The notes under the pieces are model-generated. The model did not search any database. It was not told the origin of the DNA and worked only from the letters and a program-made list of their open reading frames with translations. Of a stretch of DNA of 57,636 nucleotides, positions 30,121 through 37,366 are shown piece after piece; positions within the stretch are counted from its first letter, which is position 1; each line of letters opens with the position of its first letter. The position numbers were made by a program, and so were the translations under genes. The DNA is taken from the sequence record SRR31156797_1773. One strand, given 5' to 3'.

Positions 30121-30144
30121 AAGCCGCCTTCGCGTGGCTTTTTT
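30121..30144 (+). terminator. Intrinsic terminator of paralog 3
   Basis: AAGCCGC-CTTCGC-GTGGCTT followed by a T tract. Confidence 0.75.
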
Positions 30145-30623
30145 ATACCCTGGCTTCAAGGTATATCTCTTTGGTTAAAATGCTGGTTTGTCTGTTCACG
30201 AAAATATGTTTGATTATTGATACCAGCTCTGATATGTATCTGGTAATATTATGAAACGGAGCATCAAACGTTGGTGCTCAAGGTGAGATAATTGTCAGGT
30301 AACTGGCTTTCCTTTAAAAAATTCTCATGCACACTTTTTCATATGCACAAACCACATAATTGTGCCCTCAAAGTAATTCGTGATTGAGCGGAAAGTGCGG
30401 GAAATGTTTTAAATCAAAAAAAATTGCCATTATTTTGGGTTTAAAAGGCTACCCATAAAGTCACTTTACCAGGTTTAAATATTTTTTTACCATCCATCAC
30501 TTCTGAAACAGACCAGCAATTAGACACAGGCATAATGCTATGAAAAGGTGGTTACTATTGCTGTCTTTAACCAGGCTCAAAACGTTAACAATGAACAGTT
30601 GGAATAGGTCCGAATAAAACCAT

Positions 30624-30654
30624 AAAAGGAAAGCTGCCAGGACAGCAGCTTTCC
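30624..30654 (-). terminator. Intrinsic terminator of the kinase/regulator operon
   Basis: Minus strand GGAAAGCTGC-TGTCCTG-GCAGCTTTCC-TTTT. Confidence 0.85.
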
Positions 30655-30693
30655 AAAGGGGCAAATGAAAAAGGGGGTAAAAAGGGGCAAATC
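30655..30693 (-). repeat. Three C-rich repeats in the 3' UTR (candidate sRNA seed)
   Basis: Plus strand AAAGGGGCAAATG, AAAGGGGGTAAA, AAAGGGGCAAATC. Confidence 0.7.
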
Positions 30694-30717
30694 AAAAATT
30701 CAAAATGGCTTTGTCTT

Positions 30718-31356
30718 TTAATCAACAAAATCATTTTCAACAGCCCAGCGAACCAGGCCTGCGGTATTTTTTGTCCCGCTCTTGTGCATTAGGTTTGCAC
30801 GATGACTTTCCACAGTGTGAAAACTGATAAAAAGCTTATCGGCAATTTCCTGTGATGAGTGTTCCTTGCATATCAGGTTCAGGATCTCCAACTCACGCGC
30901 GGTAAGTTTCGGGAAAAGAGAACTTGTGTTCTCAAGTTTTAATTCCTGATTTACGAGGCTTATGGATAAATGTGGACTGAAATACTTTTCTCCCTGGTTA
31001 ACTTTTTGTATGGCCTCAATAAGGTCGTCCCTACTCGAATCTTTAAGCAGATAACCGTCAGCACCATACTTGAGCATTCGTTTTACAAATCGTTTTTCGC
31101 TGTATTGCGAGAGGGCAATAATTTTAACTCCGGGAAATGCCCTGGTAACTTTTTTTGTGGCATCGAGCCCGTCGAGCTTGGGCATATTGATGTCCATCAG
31201 GATCACATCCACCTCAAGGCCTTCTTCAAGTTGCCTGATCACCTCGTAACCATTGGATGCGTCGGCAACGATCTCAACTTCAGTTGAATCGGCAAGCGTT
31301 GTTTTAATGCCACCAATCATCAACGGGTGATCATCGGCAATCATAATTTTAATCAT
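30718..31356 (-). CDS. NarL/LuxR-family response regulator
   Basis: IADDH, ILMDINMP, GADGYLLK receiver; LTARELEIL..I......EIADKLFIS.HTVESHRANLM.K LuxR HTH. Confidence 0.96.
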   Translation of the reverse strand: MIKIMIADDHPLMIGGIKTTLADSTEVEIVADASNGYEVIRQLEEGLEVDVILMDINMPKLDGLDATKKVTRAFPGVKIIALSQYSEKRFVKRMLKYGADGYLLKDSSRDDLIEAIQKVNQGEKYFSPHLSISLVNQELKLENTSSLFPKLTARELEILNLICKEHSSQEIADKLFISFHTVESHRANLMHKSGTKNTAGLVRWAVENDFVD

Positions 31357-31368
31357 ACCTGAATTTTT

Positions 31369-33459
31369 TTAGTTTGTCGATACATTTAAGGTAAATCTGG
31401 TACCTTGTCCCGGTGATGAAATCATATTAATATTTCCTCCCAGGTATTCTGAACGTGACTTAATGCTGGTAAGGCCAATTGTCTTTTGCCCAATTTTCTC
31501 ATCAACATTAAATCCTTTGCCATTGTCCCGATACTCAAGAGTAAGTGTATTATCTTGAATTTTTATCATGAGTATAACCTCAGTTGCCTCAGCATGTTTA
31601 ATGGTGTTATTGATCATTTCCTGTACAATACGGTAGAGCATAAACTCCTTCCGCTCTGAAAATCGCTGTTCTTCACCTTCAATCGTGAAATGGGCTTTAA
31701 TTGTACCTGATTCATTTACTTGTTCTATCAGGTCGTCAACTGCTTCAAACAAACCATACTTTGAAAGCAAGCCCGGCATCATGTTGTGGGTTATTTTTCT
31801 AACCTCGTTTGCTGCCATTTCCAGCAACTTGGTAGCGTTGTTGATTTTAGGCCGGTTATCAGGGTTGATGCCATCAATGGAAGTAAACTGCATTTTTGCA
31901 GTCGATAGCAATACCCCGATGCCATCATGCAATTCTTTGGCAATGCGTTTGCGTTCCTCTTCCTGGCCTTCGAGCAAAAACTGGGCGGAAATCAGTTTTT
32001 TGTCTTTTTCGAGTTGCCGGATTCGTTGCATGGCCAAATAGTTATCATTTTTACTTTTGGCTCTCAAAAATATAAATACGAAAACTGCAATTAAAACGAT
32101 TCCTGCGGTTAAAAACAGGTATATGTTGCGCTGGTTGGTTCGTTTCCTGAGTATGAGGTCTTTTTCCAGGTTTAAGTTGGTTAGCGTAAGGATTCTGGCC
32201 TGGTCTTCTTCACGCTCATAAATCATTCGTAGTTCCGCAATGTCTTTCTTGTTTAGCTGATTCAGAATACTGTCTCTGCTTTTATAATAAGCAGTTTGAA
32301 AATAAAGGGCATTTTTATAATCCTTTACATCCAGGTAGTAACTGTGATATTTATCCATGATATCGATTATGGTCTCATAGGATCCGATTGTTTTAGCCAT
32401 TCTGTAACTCGAATCCAATAATGTCTTGGCTTCTGGCTTGAGTCCAAGCTTTGCAAGCGCTTCCCCTTTGCTCGAAACTGCAGTAATGTAGCCAATGGGA
32501 TAGCTTTCGAAGGTAAACGTTTCCAGGGTAAGGTTGAACTTTTCAAGAGCCTTTTTATATGCATTCTTTTTTAAATACAGATTACCCATGTTAATACGCA
32601 GATTATTGATCCCTATTATATTATCAAGGCTTTGCATTATTTTATATGACTTATTAAAGAACATCATCGCTGAATCCAAATGGTCAGATTTCATTTCAAC
32701 AATGCCGAGCTTGGTATAGGCAAGAGCAACATGATTGAGATTGCTGATTTTACGGTTAAACGGGATGCTCCGTATCAAGTAATCACGAGCCAGAGAATCG
32801 TAACCCATGAGCATGTACAGATCTCCAATATTGATTAAAGCTGCTGCAATTCCAATTTCAAAATTTTTGTTTTCAGATTTTTTTAAAACTTCGAGAAAAT
32901 ATTTTGCTGCTACCTGATACATCGCAAACTTTTTGTAAATGATACCCAGCATATTTCCGGCACTGATTTGACCGTCCTCGTACCTTAGTTTTTGAAATAT
33001 TTCATTTGCCTGTAAAGCATATACAAGTGCTGAGTCAGGACCATAAACCCTGCTTAAAATTTTACTCTTTTGTAGATACCCATTTGCAAATGCAGCACTA
33101 TCATTTGTTAATTTTGCCAGTCTCAGATAAGTTTCTGTGTAGATTAGAGCACTATCAAATTTACCGCTTATTTTAAATGCATTGGTCAGGCTGTATGCGA
33201 TTAATTTTTGACCTTTAATGTATTTGAGATCCTGAGCTATTTCGTAAGCCTCTGTTCCGGTTTTTTGTGCTTCTGTTGGATTGCTTTTGTGAATATCTTT
33301 TATCCAGTTGTTGATGCTGTCAATTTTAGCTTTGTTGTTTTTATGATTAAGAAATGGATTAACAGGTTCATCATTAGCATTTGCCGGTAGGTAGTTTACG
33401 CAAATCAATAGTGATAAACATAAATAAGCAGCCTGATATATCCAATGTCTTATTAGCAT
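31369..33459 (-). CDS. TPR-repeat membrane sensor histidine kinase (HisKA_3 + HATPase)
   Basis: Signal peptide, TPR-like repeats (NMLGIIY, INIGDLY, TKLGIV, INMGNLY), one TM helix, EEERKRIAKELHDGIG, YRIVQE..NN..KHA, DNGKGF, GQGT. Confidence 0.95.
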   Translation of the reverse strand: MLIRHWIYQAAYLCLSLLICVNYLPANANDEPVNPFLNHKNNKAKIDSINNWIKDIHKSNPTEAQKTGTEAYEIAQDLKYIKGQKLIAYSLTNAFKISGKFDSALIYTETYLRLAKLTNDSAAFANGYLQKSKILSRVYGPDSALVYALQANEIFQKLRYEDGQISAGNMLGIIYKKFAMYQVAAKYFLEVLKKSENKNFEIGIAAALINIGDLYMLMGYDSLARDYLIRSIPFNRKISNLNHVALAYTKLGIVEMKSDHLDSAMMFFNKSYKIMQSLDNIIGINNLRINMGNLYLKKNAYKKALEKFNLTLETFTFESYPIGYITAVSSKGEALAKLGLKPEAKTLLDSSYRMAKTIGSYETIIDIMDKYHSYYLDVKDYKNALYFQTAYYKSRDSILNQLNKKDIAELRMIYEREEDQARILTLTNLNLEKDLILRKRTNQRNIYLFLTAGIVLIAVFVFIFLRAKSKNDNYLAMQRIRQLEKDKKLISAQFLLEGQEEERKRIAKELHDGIGVLLSTAKMQFTSIDGINPDNRPKINNATKLLEMAANEVRKITHNMMPGLLSKYGLFEAVDDLIEQVNESGTIKAHFTIEGEEQRFSERKEFMLYRIVQEMINNTIKHAEATEVILMIKIQDNTLTLEYRDNGKGFNVDEKIGQKTIGLTSIKSRSEYLGGNINMISSPGQGTRFTLNVSTN

Positions 33460-33500
33460 TTGCCCCTAAATTTTGTTGTTTTATTGGCCTGATTGGTTAC

Positions 33501-33959
33501 CTAGGCCTGATTCTCCTCCTCCAGGATGGGTTCTTCCATGATCCTGACCAGATCAATATCAGCGTCTTCAGAAATGTAGGTAACTGTTTTCCGGCCATCT
33601 GATCCGGCAACTTCCACCGTTACACGGTACCTTGACATTAAAGCATCGTCCTGCCCCTGATACCATAGTGCGCAATTGCCTACTGTTCTGGCGGTTCCAT
33701 CGTCAGGCCTTGAACACTTGCCAAGGCTCACCGTATCTGTATATCTGTATTGGGTATCTCTGTTGTAATTGGTGTCTGTTGTTACATCTTCAGTAAAAAT
33801 GTATTTGATTTTGGTTTTATCGTTGCCTTCAAATATGTGAGATTGGGGTGGTACAAGTTTTTTACCCTTAAACTGTGGAAGCCTGATGTTTACATCCAAT
33901 TTGATGTCGTCACCATCTGGTCTTACAGACAGGCCAACGAAGGATTCATAATTTTTCAT
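33501..33959 (-). CDS. Hypothetical protein (152 aa) with ISEDADIDL motif
   Basis: Open frame directly upstream of the kinase; motif shared with the next ORF. Confidence 0.8.
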   Translation of the reverse strand: MKNYESFVGLSVRPDGDDIKLDVNIRLPQFKGKKLVPPQSHIFEGNDKTKIKYIFTEDVTTDTNYNRDTQYRYTDTVSLGKCSRPDDGTARTVGNCALWYQGQDDALMSRYRVTVEVAGSDGRKTVTYISEDADIDLVRIMEEPILEEENQA

Positions 33960-34012
33960 AATTTTAGATTTTCAATGCTATTAATAAATTGAATTCGGAA
34001 TTTGAAATTTAA

Positions 34013-34426
34013 TTACGCAGTAAGGTCTATATCTGCATCTTCTGAAATACCGGTAATGTTGCTGCCCTCAATTGAGCCATCAGTTTCTTTAAAGACTGCG
34101 TTAAGTTTGAACCGTGCATTATAGCCGTATTGACTTAAATAGTCTTTGATAATAACCCTGAGCTTCTCATCGGTAACTTCATTTGGAATTTGAACTATAA
34201 TACTGAGTTTGATTTCCAGCGTAGCTGTAAAGTTGCCGGCGATTCCGGTCTGTGGCCTTTTTTTGAAAATTACTTCAAACTCAATGCCTGAACCATTGAT
34301 CACTATTTGGTCATAGGTAATTTGGTCAGTAACTATTTTATTGATTACAGATTTTAAATAAATTGCATTTTGCTTTTTATGGTATACAAAGCTTAGTTTT
34401 TGAAAGATTTCATTTGATTTTTTCAT
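34013..34426 (-). CDS. Hypothetical protein (137 aa) ending ISEDADIDLTA
   Basis: Open frame co-oriented with the kinase operon; motif shared with the previous ORF. Confidence 0.8.
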   Translation of the reverse strand: MKKSNEIFQKLSFVYHKKQNAIYLKSVINKIVTDQITYDQIVINGSGIEFEVIFKKRPQTGIAGNFTATLEIKLSIIVQIPNEVTDEKLRVIIKDYLSQYGYNARFKLNAVFKETDGSIEGSNITGISEDADIDLTA

Positions 34427-34571
34427 TGCTGGAAATTTTGTGGGTTAATATGCCCATAAAGGTACAACATTTTGAACGTCAATGCAAATCATACTATTAT
34501 AATCTTATGACACCACAATATTAATTTGAATTTATGGTACATATATAACTGAAATTGATGATAAGAAAAAA

Positions 34572-34587
34572 TAGCAGAATTCTGCCA
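34572..34587. promoter_or_regulatory. Palindromic operator-like site TAGCAGAATTCTGCCA
   Basis: Core GCAGAATTCTGC is a perfect palindrome; both halves match the TTCWGCYA half-site of the three paralog promoters. Confidence 0.6.
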
Positions 34588-34637
34588 GTGAATGTGCGTG
34601 GACAGAATAACTGTAGCTTTGTACTTTATTTAAGATT

Positions 34638-35402
34638 ATGTTAACCAGAAAGCAAATTACACAAATCCGGTCGTTGCAACATAAAAAATACCGTGACAAG
34701 TATGGGGAGTTCATTGTGGAAGGCCCAAAACTTGTAGCCGAACTTTTGAAAAGCGATTTTCATATTTCAGCCATTTTTGTTACCGATGATCATAGAGATT
34801 GGATTAGCAAACAAAACGATCTTAATTTGACACCCACAATTGTTTCAGCCTCCGATCTTAGGCGGATCAGCCATTTTAAATCGCCAAACGGAATTCTGGC
34901 CGTTATTAAACAGCCATCGCATCAGTTAGACCAGCTGAATTTCAAAGAAGATTTTGTTTTGATGCTTGATGGAATAAGTGACCCCGGGAACCTGGGTACA
35001 ATAATACGCACCGCTGAATGGTTTGGAATTAGAAACATTATTTGCTCCTACAACTGCGTGGAGCTTTACAACCCAAAAGTGGTACAATCAACGATGGGTT
35101 CTTTGTTCAGAACAAAAGTCTATTACACTGATCTTTTGGAATTGCTTCCGGATATCAAGCAACAGGTACCGGTTTTTGGGACATTTCTCACAGGAGAGAA
35201 TATTTACAGACAAAATTTTGAAAGTTCTGGAGTATTGGTGATAGGGAGTGAATCACATGGCATTAGCCCTGAAGTTGCTAAATTTATTGATGTGCGAATA
35301 CATATACCTTCTATTAAAAAAGGGGCAGAATCATTAAATGCTTCTGTGGCAGCCGCCATTTGTTGTTCAGAGATCAGAAGGCCTAAATTAAAGGATATTT
35401 AA
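34638..35402 (+). CDS. TrmH/SpoU family RNA methyltransferase
   Basis: FIVEG.K, LDGISDPGNLGTIIRTAEWFG, NPKVVQSTMGS, IGSESHGI, ESLNASVA. Confidence 0.95.
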   Translation: MLTRKQITQIRSLQHKKYRDKYGEFIVEGPKLVAELLKSDFHISAIFVTDDHRDWISKQNDLNLTPTIVSASDLRRISHFKSPNGILAVIKQPSHQLDQLNFKEDFVLMLDGISDPGNLGTIIRTAEWFGIRNIICSYNCVELYNPKVVQSTMGSLFRTKVYYTDLLELLPDIKQQVPVFGTFLTGENIYRQNFESSGVLVIGSESHGISPEVAKFIDVRIHIPSIKKGAESLNASVAAAICCSEIRRPKLKDI

Positions 35403-35468
35403 CAAAATTTCAGATGTAAAAAGTAAACCCTGAACTGAAGCATTTGTTAACTTTGCAAACTAAAATCT

Positions 35469-35693
35469 ATGCTAGAATTACTAATTTTAACTATCGTAAT
35501 ACTTGGGTTGGGGATTGCCGGAATTGCAATAAAGATGTTTGTGAAAAAAGACGGCGAATTCCAAAAATCTTGTGGCAGTGTTGATCCTGGAACTGGTCAG
35601 CGGACAGCTTGTTCATGTGGCAAACCCAGTGATGAAATGTGTCACAACAAACATAAATTTCAGGATGTTGAATTTGAAGAAATTACTGCCTGA
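35469..35693 (+). CDS. Small single-TM Cys-rich protein, NqrM (DUF539)-like
   Basis: N-terminal TM helix then four Cys (SCG...CSCG...C); adjacent to apbE. Confidence 0.6.
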   Translation: MLELLILTIVILGLGIAGIAIKMFVKKDGEFQKSCGSVDPGTGQRTACSCGKPSDEMCHNKHKFQDVEFEEITA

Positions 35694-35706
35694 CTAGGGG
35701 TCAAAT

Positions 35707-36726
35707 TCATTTTAAATCCGCACCATCACGCAGCCTTTCCATCATTTTTTCTGTTGCCCAGGTTTCATAGGAACCATCATTGTTGCTGAAAATCAGGTAT
35801 GCTTCGATATCGGTTCTATTGGCCAGAAATTTTTTGCTCTTTTCCAGTCCCATTACCATCAGTGCGGTTGCATATGCATCAGCAATTGATGTGCTGTCGG
35901 CAATAACTGTTGCTGACAACATGGAGTGCCTTACCGGATAACCAGTTTTGGGATCAATGGTATGCGAATATTTAATGCCGTTCACTTCATAATATTTTCG
36001 GTAATTGCCCGAGGTAGCCACTGCTTTGTTTTTAACTTTTATGGATGCATCAAGACTTCTGCCAGCATTGGCATCCTCAGCGGGCTTTTCAATACCTACC
36101 ACCCATAATTTACCATTTGGCTTTTTTCCTTTGGCGTATACCTCACCTCCAATATCTATAAGGTAATTGTCAATACCATTATTATGTAAAAAGCCGCTCA
36201 ATACATCTACTGAATATCCCTGGGCGATGGCATTGTAATCAATTTGAATATTATCATTGTCTTTGGATATTATCCCCCGGTCCAGCGTTACACTTTCAAA
36301 ATCAACAAGCTTAAGCAGGCTGTCAATTAACATTTCATCAACCGGAGTTTTATTTTTAAACCCGAAACCCCAGGCATTTACAAGCGGGCCAACTGTAATA
36401 TCAAATGCTCCATCCGTTTCCTTCCAAATCCGTTTGGACTGTTTAAAAATATCCAGGAAATATTTGTCTGGCTTCACTTTCTGGTTATTATTGATTTTAG
36501 AAATTATGGATTCCGGAACCCAAATTGAGGCTGACTGATCGAACGCTGTCAAAAGTGAATCAATTTGATTTTGAGATACAAGGGTGTCTGAACTAAAATA
36601 GGTTACGGCATAATATGTCCCCTGTGCTTCCCCAATAAATTGAATTTTGGATTCTTTGTGATGCTCGCAAGAACCCAGTATGAAAGAAAAAAGTAGTAAT
36701 CCTGTGATATTCAGAAGTTTGTTCAT
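35707..36726 (-). CDS. apbE: FAD:protein FMN transferase ApbE, lipoprotein
   Basis: Lipobox LGSC; GEAQGT, GAFDITVGPLV..WGF, NAIAQGY.VD, DIGGE, ATSGNY, YSHTIDP.TG, ADAYATA. Confidence 0.95.
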   Translation of the reverse strand: MNKLLNITGLLLFSFILGSCEHHKESKIQFIGEAQGTYYAVTYFSSDTLVSQNQIDSLLTAFDQSASIWVPESIISKINNNQKVKPDKYFLDIFKQSKRIWKETDGAFDITVGPLVNAWGFGFKNKTPVDEMLIDSLLKLVDFESVTLDRGIISKDNDNIQIDYNAIAQGYSVDVLSGFLHNNGIDNYLIDIGGEVYAKGKKPNGKLWVVGIEKPAEDANAGRSLDASIKVKNKAVATSGNYRKYYEVNGIKYSHTIDPKTGYPVRHSMLSATVIADSTSIADAYATALMVMGLEKSKKFLANRTDIEAYLIFSNNDGSYETWATEKMMERLRDGADLK

Positions 36727-37366
36727 TTGGTAATGCTCTAATGTTTTGGATGCAATTTGGATAAACAAAGATATGTGAAATTGGGTTGCGTTTCAGTTTA
36801 ATACGAAATCTGGATTTCTCCTGGGTTTTTATTTATAATCACCTGGTTTCCAATGGTAAACATTTCTAAAGTCGAATAAAATCTGAATTGAGGTCAAATT
36901 CTCAGGGATTTTTTTTGTTGTTATTCATGTATACCTATCGAATAAGAGTAGATATTATAGTTATAAGAGAACGATATTTTGTTAACAAAAAGTTAAATTT
37001 TTTAGTGTTGAAAACTTTGTTAATAAAAATGCACGGATATGCCGACTATTCATTGGTTCAGCAGGTTCATTTTTCGAATGAATGTTTAATTTTGCAGACT
37101 GGAAGTGAGCGCAAAATCATGACCTGAAACTAGTTAATGTTTGTTAATTATATAATCATGAAAAATCGATGGATATAGCAGGATTTGTTTAATAGCTAAT
37201 ACCTTATAAATTTATCAGATTTTAAATTTAACTGTTTTTTAAATTTCTGTTTTGATAATCCGAATTTATTATCTATAATTGCACTTGATTTGCAGGATTA
37301 GAAGCAGTTTGCAAATATTGAATTGAAAATAAATAAATTAAATATTAATTTTAAACTGAAATCATT

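Noticed and set aside
28563-30144. Repeated intergenic blocks considered as a CRISPR array or integron-like cassettes
   Set aside because: No identical regularly spaced repeats, no attC-like structure, no cas or integrase gene; explained by gene triplication
30150-30620. ~470 bp gap between paralog 3 and the regulator terminator
   Set aside because: No ORF of 60 aa or more, no fourth paralog motif and no convincing RNA structure found by eye
36888-37127. 79 aa TTG-start ORF in the apbE intergenic region
   Set aside because: AT-rich, no motif, overlaps probable regulatory sequence
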